Positions 38,225 through 50,225 of a DNA stretch of 64,000 bases are shown one piece after another. A model generated the notes under the pieces. The model made no database searches and was not told the DNA's origin. It worked only from the letters and a program-made list of their open reading frames with translations. The stretch covers positions 4,448,793 through 4,512,792 of the forward strand of contig MU058423.1 in NCBI GenBank assembly GCA_013265495.1, read 5' to 3'. Each line of letters starts with the position of its first letter. The first letter of the stretch is position 1. Origin of the DNA: Vicugna vicugna (Eukaryota). Both the position numbers and the translations under genes were made by a program.

Positions 38225-40296
38225 GCCTAGTATAGATACCAAACATTGAATTGAAATTATTGTTCTGTAGTCATCTAAGGTTAAATTCAGTAATAGCACC
38301 TTGTCCTTCATTGACTCCTCCATTCAATCTGAAGCTCTTACAGAGTTTGAGGGCCTTGAGTCACAAGAGTTGGGCTTCAGTCCCAGCTCTGCCTCTTCTA
38401 GTTTTGTGACCTTGAACACGACAACTAGACTTTCTCAGTGTCATTCTGAGTCTGTGAAATGGCAGTATGTGTTGTAAGAGTTCTGCGAGGAATAAAGAAA
38501 TATGAGTAGAGGCACTGTATATAATTTATAAGCCTATTAAAATATTGATTTATTCTCCCTGTTAGAATAGAAAGAATGGAAGAGAGATAAACCTCTTGGT
38601 TCTTGCTTCTCTTGCCTCAGCGATAATTAATAGCTACTTTGAAGATCTAATTGAAGCCATCTTGAAACTTTTGTTAGGGAAGGAGATGGGGCTGCTCAGG
38701 GAAGGCAAGGAAATGGAAGTAAGCATCTAAGGCGATGATGGAAGTGGCAATACTCTGTCTGGGAGGGTACAGGTATTGCTGTGTCAGTAAAGGGCTTTTG
38801 TTTTCCATTTGTACCAGCAGAGTAGGGCCAGGTAGGACCTCAAATGGTGATGGCTGCATGTGTGCCAAGGGAGGTTCAGATTCTTGACGCAGATTTACAT
38901 GGTTACACCTGGCACAGAAGTTAAGCATGTATGTATATACCCTGAAAAGGACCACGACAATCTGGGCGGACAGAAGTGGCAGAGTTATTCCCACAGACTT
39001 CAGGATTCTTGAATTGTGGGAGGAGGGGAGGTAGACTGAATTTTTTTGGAAAATAACTGTATTTGATATTTCTTCTATTAATAAGAATATATAAGAAACT
39101 AAAAACATAGTAGCAATTAACTCAATTAATTTTCAGTCTATGCGATCTAATTTGATTCTTTCCAAATACTATTCATGCTTGATAAAAAAGTAATGAAAAA
39201 TTGCTAATTGCCTTGTATATTTTTGCTTCAATGTCCTTAATAACTAACTCTTCTTAAAAACCAAATGGCAAGAGGTTTTGTATTTTCACGCTTCATGAAA
39301 ATAGTAAAATAAAATTTCAAATTTTATTTGAAATCTTTACTCCTATTCCTGGCATTTGCTCTGTTTGCTATTCATTATAATGGAAAAGCAAAATTTCTGA
39401 AAGCCTCACTCAGTGTGATGAAAAATGTATTTCAGTGGCTCAGAATACACTCTCTATTTAACCAAAGTGTGTGTGCATTTTGATATTATTTTATTTTAAT
39501 TTTTTAAATGTACATTATTTACCCAGCCAATTGGAACTATTCTACTATACATTTATTTATGAATGCTTTTAAAATTCCAAATGGCTCAGAATGGCGTATT
39601 TGAAACTACTAGAGTTGATGCTGTAAGTGAATATTAAGACTCATAACCCAAATGAAAAGCTGTTATTGCAGAACACTCAAGTCATTTTCTAGAGCATAAT
39701 ATCTCAGCAAACTTAAAGACGTTTATTTAAAACACCAAGAAAAATTAGACAATATGATGATAACCTTTTTGCAAACTTCAGTTGTTAAAATCATTCTTGA
39801 ACCACCCCACTAGGGAAGATCAACCAACTTACCAACATTTATTAGCATTACAATAAATAAACATTGATTATGGCAGTAAAAATGCCATAAGAATTTTAAG
39901 AGCCAAGAAAAACAAGCTTCTAAGTAAGGAAAAAAAAAACACTCTAGATACATAGCTAGATTACGCTATAAAAGAGGAAGGGGAATAAATCTTTTCTATG
40001 GGTTCAAGAAAGACAGTCACATGATTAATATGGTTCATGTGGTTTACCACAAGGCAGTTTTCAAAGCATCATACTCTTCACTGGTTTTGTTCTACATAGT
40101 AAATAATATCTCATTCATTAATATATGTGTTCCGTGAACCATCTTATCCCATTTTCACTATAGTGAGCTGTTTTCTTGCTGGAATGTGTTTTTCTAGTAA
40201 TTCTTGAATATTGGTTTTAGAAAAATTTGTGTACAACCTTCACTCCATTTGAATTCTATTTAAAGGGATAAAAAGGGCCAACCAGTGGCTGTAAAT

Positions 40297-40512
40297 CAGT
40301 CGCTCTCAAACCAGGGGCATTTTTGTCCCCTGGGGACATTTGGAACTGTCTGGAGGCAATTTTGGTTGTTAAAACTGGATTGAGAGGCTACTAAAGGGGA
40401 ACTGGTGGGTAGAAACTAGAAATGCCCTTAACAGCCTACAGTGCATAAGACAGCCCCTACAACAATTATCCATCCAAAAATATGTGACTAGCGCCAAGAT
40501 TGGGAAACCCTG
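40297..40512. mobile_element. MER20 hAT-Charlie MITE
   Basis: cagtcgctctcaaaccagggg...ggggacatttggaactgtctggaggcaattttggttg...attgggaaaccctg. Confidence 0.9.
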
Positions 40513-41129
40513 CTCTGAAAAACAAATGAGCAAACAAAAAAACCCAGTAACAAAACCCACATATATATGTAGTCAGTATGCTAACTAAAAATGGTTGGCT
40601 AGTAAACATTATTTATAGAATGCCCTCTTTGTCATAGGGAGGTGTTGAAAAATAAATGACCTCTTCCCTTGAAGTTTTTAAAGTTTTAACAAAATAGTTG
40701 GTCTAAATTTGTGTGTTTAGTCCAAAATTTTGTCTGTAAATGTAAGTGAAATACACCAACCCCAGAAATTAAAAGCATAACCTATACAACTTTGTATGTA
40801 GTAGACTCTCAAATAATTATCTACTAAAGACTTTCTCATTGGTTATTGTCTTCTTGGAAGAATCAGATTCATGTAAGTGAGAGTCTCTGAAATTGAGGTT
40901 TGTATTTTAGTAGAAGGAGTCTAATAGTCAAATAAATAAATGCAATTAGAGGAAAGAAAAGACTGGAGAGCAAGATGAGTGGGGGCCAAGATGCAAATAC
41001 GGTTGTGTGACATAGAAGCTTACATTTTATTTTATAGGCAACAGCATTAAGATTTCCTTGGTGTGAGTGTGGGGAATGGCCTTGAATGATGGGATAACAG
41101 TAGGATTTTGATGGCTGAAGGACAGATGT

Positions 41130-42030
41130 TAAGGACCTGAGCTAAGACAGTGTCACGAATGTGGGGAAGAGTGGGCAGGTAAAAACGATATGAATGAGAT
41201 TGAATTGAGTGAATTTAGCCAGGAGTGGGAGGAGGAAGAGTAGCGTCTCGGATGACGCTGGGCTCAAGATGGGCTGAGTGAGCTGTTATTCACTAAAGTA
41301 GAAAGTAAACCGAGGTGCAGAAGAGTCACGGGAGAGTTTGCTCTTGGCAATCTGAGTTTGAAATGCCTTTCTGACATCCTGGTGGTGGTGTCCAGAAGGA
41401 AGCTGTATATGTGGGTCTGAGGTTCATACAGGAGAGCTGGGCTGTGTTGGGAAAGCATTCTCCATGGATCTGTAGCATTTCTGCATCTTTCAGGCAGAGA
41501 TACTGATGGCTTTCAGTATCTTTTCAAGGATGCTGATATAGGGAACAGCCTGGAAGATAGAGATGGTATCTCACTCTGCAGTACAGGGCCTGATTTTTTA
41601 CTTTAGAGTATAATAAAGAAAATGTTTCCCTCTGGAGCACAGTTTGGTCACGTTTGCTTGCAACTCATTATAAAAGTTTGGGGTTTCCTAGGCTCGAGTT
41701 CCTTAATCGTGGTACAAACCCACGGCATCTGCAGCATCCACCCAGCCCGTGCCACAGTGCCCTGTGGACTTGGGTGGAAAAAGGGAACTGGCTTGAGCAG
41801 GAAGCTTACTCACCTTGCTGTGCTGTGAGTAAAAAGTACTTTGTTTCTGACCCAAGAGTCTTCTGCCAGCATCCACGAAGCTGGTAGGCTAACTTGTGAG
41901 CTTGCAAACAGGGTAAAATCTCACACTTCCTAGTGCGTAACAGGCTGGTAATGGAGATTTGTGAATGATCAGAGTAGTGGCAGTGCTTGAAGTCTTCAGA
42001 GTGTATGAGATCTCCCAACACAAAGATAAG
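41130..42030 (-). mobile_element. L2 LINE fragment interrupted by a solo LTR
   Basis: tgagtttgaaatgcctttctgacatcc...ggagagctgggctg, then the LTR, then gtaatggagatttgtgaatgatcag...tgagatctccca. Confidence 0.75.
41445..41942 (+). mobile_element. Solo ERV-L-class LTR (MER54/MER74-like), 498 bp
   Basis: TG...CA termini with a perfect 5-bp TSD GGCTG (41440-41444 and 41943-41947); ctaacttgtgagcttgcaaacagggtaaaatctca near the 3' end. Confidence 0.88.
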
Positions 42031-42087
42031 AAAGGGGTTCTTCAACCTGGGATACATAACATTTTTTTCCTGTTTTTATTTCATTCC

Positions 42088-42165
42088 CGTTCCTTCCTTC
42101 CTTCCTTCCTTCCTCTCCCTCCTTCCTTCCTTTCATTCCTACCTACCCCTTCCCTTTCCCTCTAT
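42088..42165. repeat. (TTCC)n polypyrimidine tract
   Basis: Directly visible in the sequence. Confidence 0.85.
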
Positions 42166-44128
42166 CTCTCTGTCCTTTGTCATGGCACATAGGTCCAGTA
42201 GGAATTGAGAGCAGACTGCATCTCTCTCCATCATCACTGTAGGAGGAGATGCCATCCTTACCCCCTGGCACAAGCAGTTTTCTCAGAGAAATTGTCCCAT
42301 CCAGAGCTCAGAACCCTGACAGAGTCTGTTGCCTGACCACAAACTAGATGGAGTTGAGAAGATAAGCTGTTTCTACTTAAGAGGGCACAGAAGAAACTGA
42401 TAACAGTAAAGCACTGCAAGGAGCAGTCTGAGAAATCATCTCAGGGGAAACGTTTGTCTATGAGGGTTCCAGAGAAAATACCATTTATTAAATCTTTTGA
42501 TTTCCCTACATAGACATTTTAAGAGAACACGAATGTATAATTTGTTTAGACATGGGAAGTTAACACTTTTGTTTTTCCTCCTTTTCTTTGCTATCTTGGG
42601 ACTGTTTCAGATAAGCCTGTATTTCTATTTCTAATGGTGGGGGCAAAACACATGGGGCATGAACTCTGGAGGTAAGAAACACTTTTGTGCTTTTGGAGAT
42701 GAGGTGGTCAGTAGATGAGATGCCTAAAGTTTAGGAAATAATTACAGCAAAATTTTCAAGAAATGAGGAGAGAAGGAAGAACCGTGGACTTAGTGAAGAA
42801 CCACAGAGTGAGATGCTGAGGGACCTCCCAGAGGCTGAGTTTGGCCCACCATCCACTCAGCTTTCAGTCAAACAAGAGCATCTCAGGGCTAGCACCCAGG
42901 GACTACATTAGATGAACCTTCTGAGGCCTTAAAGAAAACCTTTCTTTTATGACACACCCACCTTCACTCTGAGTGTCCAGCAAGATTGCTGGTCATTCAT
43001 GACACAAATCTGTATGGGTCGAGCCACCCTCTGTGCATTGCAGGCATGTATGGTGTCACAGCACACCTGAAGCCCTAGGGGAGAGAGAGGTCCTGAGCTG
43101 GAAACGGAGGCAGAATCACCTCATGATTGTGTGATTGTGTGTGGTTCTTTTTTTTTTTTTTTGAAAGAAGGATAGTTTTAAGCAGATCTTGAAAGAGGTT
43201 GTCCTGAAAAAAAGTGGCATGAGCACAGACATGGATTTTTTTAATGGTAGTTGTTTTGGAAAAGAGATGGCAAATAAACCTGAATCAGTAGTGATTCTAT
43301 TGGTAGTAACTGGAAACTTATTTCAGTCAATTAAAGGATAATTATATAGAGGGGAAATTAGTGATTTAAATTCTGCAGTGCCAAGTTTTGGCATTGTTCA
43401 TCCCTGACTGCAGATTTATGAAATAAGTTTAAAATATTTCAAGGCATTGCTGTGAAGTGCAGAATGTTATGTGGTTAGCAAACATTCTATATCTGTGGAG
43501 TTACTCTCCAAACAAAACAAAACTGAAAAAAAAATAGTAAAGGCAAGAATACATAGTAGTTAAATATTTCTAGAAGAAAAAATATTTTCCTCTATTCTTT
43601 TTTGGAAAAAAAAACCCCAGCTATGTAAACTAAGCATTTCAACAAATAATATTATGGTACCCCAAGCAAATGCCTTCTCCAAAGTATGCATCCCCTTTTC
43701 TGTATATTTGTATCAAAATATGGATCTAATTTTCCAGATGCTATCTGTGAATGTGGGAGCAAGGCTTGCTTATTCAGTCCATGTTTTTTCTGAGCTTAGA
43801 CTGTATGCATACTATGGCCTATGCAGGCTTGTGATAAGAATGCCTGTTGCAAAAGTAGGGACTCACTGTGTGCGCAAATGCACGTCTGGATAAAAGCTGT
43901 CAATAACTATTCATCAATATGTTTTACTGCCCAGTTTTTTTTTTCTAGCATATGCAGTTCCTGTAATGTGTTGTGATAATGCTGGTTTAAAATAGCTATG
44001 ATTCCAGTCAGTTCACATTAACAGTAAACAACAGACGGCTCACTGAAGGATAGACCTTCTTTTCCAATAACCCAAATATGCCACATAACTTACTTTTTTA
44101 AATATGAACACCTATAAAAGCTATCTTC

Positions 44129-44588
44129 TGTGATGGTTAATTTCATGTGTCATTTTGGCTGGGCCACAGTGGCCAGATATCTGCTTAAACATTATTCTGG
44201 ATGTTTCCTGTGAAGGTGTTTTTTGAATGAGATCAACATTTAAGTTGGTGGACTTTGAGTAAAGTCAGTCACCTTCCATAAAGTGAATGGGCCTCAACTA
44301 ATCAAATGATGCCCTTAGCAGAACAAAGGCCGATCTATCCCCAAGCAAGAAGGAACTCTGCCAGTGGACTAACTCTGGGTTTGAACTGCAAACTCTCCCC
44401 TGGGTCTCCAACCTGTCTGCTTACCCCATTAGATTTCAGACTTGCCAAACCTTCACAATTGCATGAGCCAGCTCTTTAAAATCAATCCCCCTTTCTCTCC
44501 CTTTTTCTTTCTCTATAGATGATAGATGGGTAGATAGACAGATAAAGATTCATAAATACATATCCTGTTGGTTCTGTTTCTCTAATAC
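44129..44588 (+). mobile_element. Solo MLT2 (ERV-L) LTR
   Basis: tgtgatggttaatttcatgtgtca...aaacattattctggatgttt...cacaattgcatgagcca...tatcctgttggttctgtttctct. Confidence 0.9.
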
Positions 44589-45926
44589 CTGTGACTGAAA
44601 TACTTTACAGCCACCTTAGAAAGTTGTCTCTACTTATTAAAGAAAAAAGTTTAAGTGAAAGTTCTTAGAATGTTCAGAGTAAATACAAAATTTAAAGTAT
44701 CTTGTTTGTTGACTCATAGGTTAAGGAAGAGGCAAAGGGACAAAATAAGTATGTTGAATAATCACGACTGCCAAGTATTTATTCAGGTAGCAACTCCATC
44801 AGTCGATTGCTCGTAAATCCCTCCATGTAATCAGTTTTATTGAATGCTTTCAGGTGGCAGATACCCTATCCTTGAAAAGGGAGTATGTGAAGGAAATAAA
44901 GCAAGCCCTCTCACAGTGAAGTGAGATTAAGATGTTTGATAAACCATGTACGATGTGACACGCACATCAAACATGAAGTGAAGATACTCCAGGAGAGATG
45001 TAAGAATAAGAGAAGGCTTAAAGCCCGCCCCACTGAAACGCACCAAAAGTGAACAAAATAGGCAAGAAACTTGAAACTCGGGATTAGCTTCAAACTTACA
45101 ACACAAACTATGTGGGACACTTTTCAGGAACAGTGTAAACTGAACAAAATTGAAAGTAGACTTGTAAGTTGACATTAAATAATTCTTCCAAAGGGAGTGA
45201 TTCAGTGTTTTAGGAAGTTCGTGAAGTAAATCCGGAAAAACCCCAATAACAGTTCCTGTGTTAGAAGGAGGTTCGAAGGCAGGGATGATAAAGAGGTCAT
45301 GATAATGAAAATCTTGTCCTGATCATGATAAAGGTGATAAAGAAATCTTTTCGTTACAAACCAAGTGTCGCGGGATCTAGTACGCAGCAGGTACGCTCTG
45401 TGAAGAAGAATTCCTCCAAGTATTAAAGGAAAGGGAAGAGGGTCACCTGCAAATGAGTGGAAAAATAGCTTGTCCTATCTCTTCCTTAGCAATGGTGGAA
45501 ACCAGAAAAGCAATTTCTACGGATGGGGAAATGTCAGTAAACAGCTAGATGTATGGCCTGTAGCTTAACAGAAGAGGTCTGGCCTGCGGATAGAAATGCT
45601 TGCTATTCACCTTCACCTGAACTGATTGCTCTCGAGGAATTTGAGGCCAGTGTTGCCAGATCATCCAAGTCAAAATTTCAGATTTTAAAGTGAAATCTCC
45701 TGATCCATAGCTATTTGAGTTTAAGACTGTTTGAATTTAAAAAGAAAACATTTGGGGACGAACACATGATTGACATAAAACACAGGGACCATTAAATTTA
45801 AAACTCTGGAGAAGAAGAAGAAGGAAAAAAGGCCCTAAACTGAGCAAACTCTTAACAACCATCAGATTTGCTAAGACATGTATACCCAACTCGAATAACA
45901 CACTAGAAGGAACCAAGACATATATA

Positions 45927-47685
45927 CCCAACTTGATCTATAGATTTAATGTAATATCAATCAAAAGTCTAGCAAATTATTTTGTGGATATCAACAAACT
46001 AATTCTACAGTTTATATCAAGAGACAAAAGCCCCAGAATAGCCAATACAATATTGAAGAAGAACAAAGTTGGAAGACTGATACTATCCACCTTTAAGACT
46101 TACTGTGAAGCTACAGTAATCAAGATTGTGTGGTATTGGCAAAAGAACAGATGAATGAAATGAAACAGAATAAAGAGCCTAGAAATAGACCCACATATGT
46201 GATCAACTGATCATTGATTAAAGAGCAAAGGCAATACAATGAAGGAAAGATAGTCTTTTTCAACAAATGTTGCTGGAACAGCTGGACATCCACATGCAAA
46301 AAAAAAAAAGAATCTAGATACAGATCTTATGTTCTCTGCAAAAATTAACTCAAAATGTATCACAGACCTAAATGTAAAACATGAAACTATAAAACTCTAG
46401 AAGATAACATCGATGACCTTGGGTATGGTGATAACTTGTTAGATACAACACCAAAAGCACAACCCATGAAAGAAATAATTGACAAACTAGACTTCATTAA
46501 ATTTAAAAACTTCTCCACAAAAGACATGTCAAGAGAATAAGAAGAAAAGCCAAAGACCAGGAGGAAATATTTGCAAAACATACATATGATAAAGAACTGT
46601 TATCCAAAATATATTTTAAAAATCCAAACCTCTTAAAACTCAACAATAAGAAAACAATCTGATTTTTAAAATGGGCCAAACACCTTTATAGACACCTCAC
46701 CAAAGAATATGTACAGATGGCAAATGAGCATGTGAAAAGATTCTCCACATAACATGTCATTAAGGGAATGCACATTAAAACAACGAGATACCACTACACA
46801 CCTATTAGAATGACCAAAATCTGGAACACTGACAACAGCAAATGCTAGTGAGAATGTGGAGAAACAGAAACTCTAATAGGACACTGATGGAAATGCAAAG
46901 TGCTACAGCCATTTTAGAAGACAATCTGACAGTTTCTTACAAAACTAAATGTATTATTTCCATACAATTGGACAATTGTGCTCCTTGGTATTTACCTAGA
47001 GGAGTTGAAATTTATGTTCATAAAAACCTGCACATGAATGTTTATAGCAGCTTTAGTCATAATTGACCAAATTTGAAAGCAACCAAAATGTCCTTCAGTA
47101 GGTGAATGGATTAATAAACTTTGGTACATCCAGACAATAAAATATTATTTGGTACTAAAAAAGAAATGAGCTGTTAAGATGTGAAGAAACATAAAGGAAT
47201 CTTAAATGCATATTACTAAGTGAGAGAAGCCAATCTGAAAACTCTACATACTGTATGATTTCAACTATATGACATTCTGGAAAAGACAATATTATTAAAA
47301 CAGTGAAGAGATTCATTTTTGGAAGGGAGGGAGGGAAAAGATGCAAAGGGAGAGCCCAGAAAAATTTTAGGACAGTAAAAATACTCTGTATGATATTTGA
47401 TGATGGGTACATGCCACTATCCATTTGTCCAAACTGACAGAATTTACAACATTAAGAGTAAACTATAATGTATACCACAGACTTTGGGTGATTATGATTT
47501 GTCAGTTTAGGTTCATCAATTATAATAAATGTACTATTCTGGTGAGCAGTGTTGATAAAGGGGAAGGCTACACATGTGTGGGAGAAGGGACTATATGGGA
47601 AATCTCTATACCTTCCTCTCATTGAAGTATGAATCTAAAACTGCTCTAAAAAATAGTCTTTTTTAAAAAACAAAAACATACAAAG
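45927..47685 (+). mobile_element. 5'-truncated L1 (L1MC1-like), ORF2 end and 3' UTR
   Basis: ORF2 peptide IYRFNVISIK...FKTYCEATVIKIVWYWQKNR; 3' UTR catttgtccaaa...gactttgggtgattatg...aatctaaaactgctctaaaaaata, then an A-rich tail. Confidence 0.92.
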
Positions 47686-47689
47686 CTGC

Positions 47690-49020
47690 ATTTATTAAAA
47701 GTGTAATACTCAACTAGGAACAAATAAATAGAACAATGGAAAGCTTTAACGGTTACCAAATAAATCCAAATTTGGGGAATTTTAGCACAGTGGCATTAAA
47801 AATGAGTGAAATAAATATAGGATGTTCAGTATATGATTTGAGGACATTTATATAGCTATTTGAAAAATAAAGCTATGTCTCACATGTACATCGAAAATAA
47901 TTTGCACTTGATTAAAAAAGGAAGAATTAAAATAATAAATATACTAAAATAAAATTTAGATATGGATTTTTGTAAGTTAGCAAATAACAGCACAACCCAA
48001 AGCCACTGCATCAGTTTTTTACTGCTGTGTAACAGATTGCCCTACTGTATTTAAATAATAATTCATTATTTCTTATGATTCTGTGGACTGGCTTGGTGGT
48101 TCTTATGCTGACTTTGGCCAGCCTAACTCATGGCTGTGATCAGATCATGGCTCAAAAGGTGTCTGGGTTCAGCTAGGGAAAATGGGATGACTGGTATCTT
48201 ATCTTCGAGATGGCTAGAGTAGCCTTATTCACAGTATAGTGGCCTCAGGGATTCAAAGAGGCAAAAAAGCACAAACTTCAGAGAATTTGAGTCCTTCCTC
48301 GGAAGTTTGCATGAAGTCACTACTGCGTCATTCTATTAGTCATAGCAGTTCACAAGATCTGCCAATTTTAAGAAGTGGCAAAGAAAACCCTACTTCTTGA
48401 TGAGAGAGCTGGGAAAGATTTTAGCAATTTTTAATCTTCCACAGGTGCAAACTAAAGAATTTTGACTGTTTGGATGACATAAAAAATGAAGGGTTTTACA
48501 GCCAAATTCCCATCATAAAGAAGATTAAACAACAAATGACAAAGTGGTTAAAAATATTTTATAAAATATGTGGCAAAGGGTAAATATTTCTAACACATAA
48601 ATCAATGAAAAAAGGTAAAATTGATCAGAATACTGGGATAAGCCAACTGTAATAACAATTTTCAAAAAAAGCAGTATCAATCAACAATCATGAAACTAGC
48701 TTAACTCTACCTAATAATCAAATAAATTTAAAATAAAACATCACTGCAATATCTTTTCCACCCATAAAATTCATACAAGTTAACAAAATTGACGATGCCC
48801 TTGTATGGAAAGTTATAAGAAAAGAGGATTGTCCTACACTGGAGGAATACAAATTTGAATTTCTTTTTAGAACAACAACTTGGCATTCTATCAGTCTTTA
48901 AAAAAATGCACACCCAACAATTCTGCTTCTAAGAATTTATCTGAAGAAAAGTAGACAAGTAGATGAAAAAATTATGATTGTTCCTCCCAAACTTGATTAC
49001 AATAGCCAAAAATGCAAACA
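47690..49020 (+). mobile_element. Highly decayed older L1 (L1ME-like) fragments
   Basis: caaataaatagaacaatggaa, aaacaacaaatgacaaagtgg, cccaacaattctgcttctaagaatttatct. Confidence 0.6.
48007..48443 (-). mobile_element. MaLR LTR (MLT1G/H-like) nested in the old L1
   Basis: tgcatcagttttttactgctgtgtaacag...gtcactactgcgtcattctattagtc...cctacttcttgatgagaga...ccaca. Confidence 0.75.
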
Positions 49021-49034
49021 AGCTCAATTCTTTA

Positions 49035-49265
49035 ATTATTCATGCACTCGTCCAACAGATATTTATTGCTATGTGTAGGCATTATTGTAGTCCTGATGAT
49101 AAAGTGATAAACGAGACAATGTCCCTGCTGCCATGGTGCTTGTGTCCTGGTTGGGGAGCAAACAGGAGACTGATAGACTACCAAGTAAAGGAGTGAGGTA
49201 CTATTTTGATAGAGTGGTTTGGGCAGATTGCTAATGAAGTAACATCTGAACACAGACCTTGTGTT
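49035..49265 (-). mobile_element. L2 LINE 3' end
   Basis: caacagatatttattg...gtccctgctgccatggtgctt...aagtaacatctgaacacagacct. Confidence 0.7.
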
Positions 49266-50052
49266 AGACCCAGAGACAGACATGCTTCCCAGATCCCTTT
49301 CAGAGAAGGACGCCTTGTCTGTTTTGTTTAGCCCCTAAGTGCTTAACTCTATGCTTAGCATGTAGTAGGAACTCAAAACAATAAAGATATTTCCTTTAAA
49401 AATTAGTAGTCGATATTAGGCAGACTCAGAATATTTGGGCAGCCTGGATGCGTAAAACCTCCCCTTTGATGATGTTATGTCCCTGTAGGCTGCATTTGCT
49501 TCTGGGATGTCTTAGGCCTTTCCTGGGAGTCTATTGAATGCCCTGAGTCCCTGAAGTGGCCAGGGGAGTGCCTTTCTGGTCTGTCTCCCTTGAACTGTCA
49601 TCTTTCCTCTCCAGTGTCACTAATTTAATCTTGCTGGTTATTCTGCCAATGACCTTGATATCTGCACTTTTGGAAAGTGTCACTTTGTACAGTAAAGGTT
49701 ACCTTGTAGGCCTATTTTCCACCAAAGGCACAAGCCTCTCCAATATTGCAAGAGGACTTGTAATCCAATTATTCTCTCTTACAGTGATCAGTTTCTTTCT
49801 TTTTTTCCCCCCTCAACTGTTTTATTCAGAACATCACTTCCAATCTCCTTTGGGTCCTTAAATGGCATAACTGCCTACTCAGTCATCCAAACTCTTCCTT
49901 CTTTATATAACATTCCTATAATTCAAAAGGTTGGAATTAGCTAACTTAAAATCAATCAACATTTATTGAGTACTAGTATCTCTAAGAAACTGTTTTAAGT
50001 AATTAGGAACATACCGAAATAGCATAAGAATAAGCATCAACCTTCAATTAGC

Positions 50053-50225
50053 TGTCAGTTACAACAAGTGTACTTTGGTGAGAGATGTTGATACCGGGGG
50101 AGCCTGTGCATGGGTGGTAGTAGGGGATATACGGGAGTTTCTCAGTCCTCCTCTTAGTTTTGCTGTGAACCTAAAACTGCTCTAAACATAAAGCTTATTC
50201 ATGTAAAAAACAAACAAACAAACAG
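50053..50225 (+). mobile_element. Short 5'-truncated L1 (L1MC-like 3' end) with TSD
   Basis: gctgtgaacctaaaactgctctaaa followed by an (AAAC)n tail; TSD ccttcaattagc at 50041-50052 and 50226-50237. Confidence 0.88.

Noticed and set aside
38674..39108. Longest ORF in the window (144 aa, minus strand)
   Set aside because: No recognisable domain or gene context; within chance expectation for this window
39307..39329. 11-bp inverted repeat aaataaaattt-c-aaattttattt
   Set aside because: Pure A/T low complexity; likely chance
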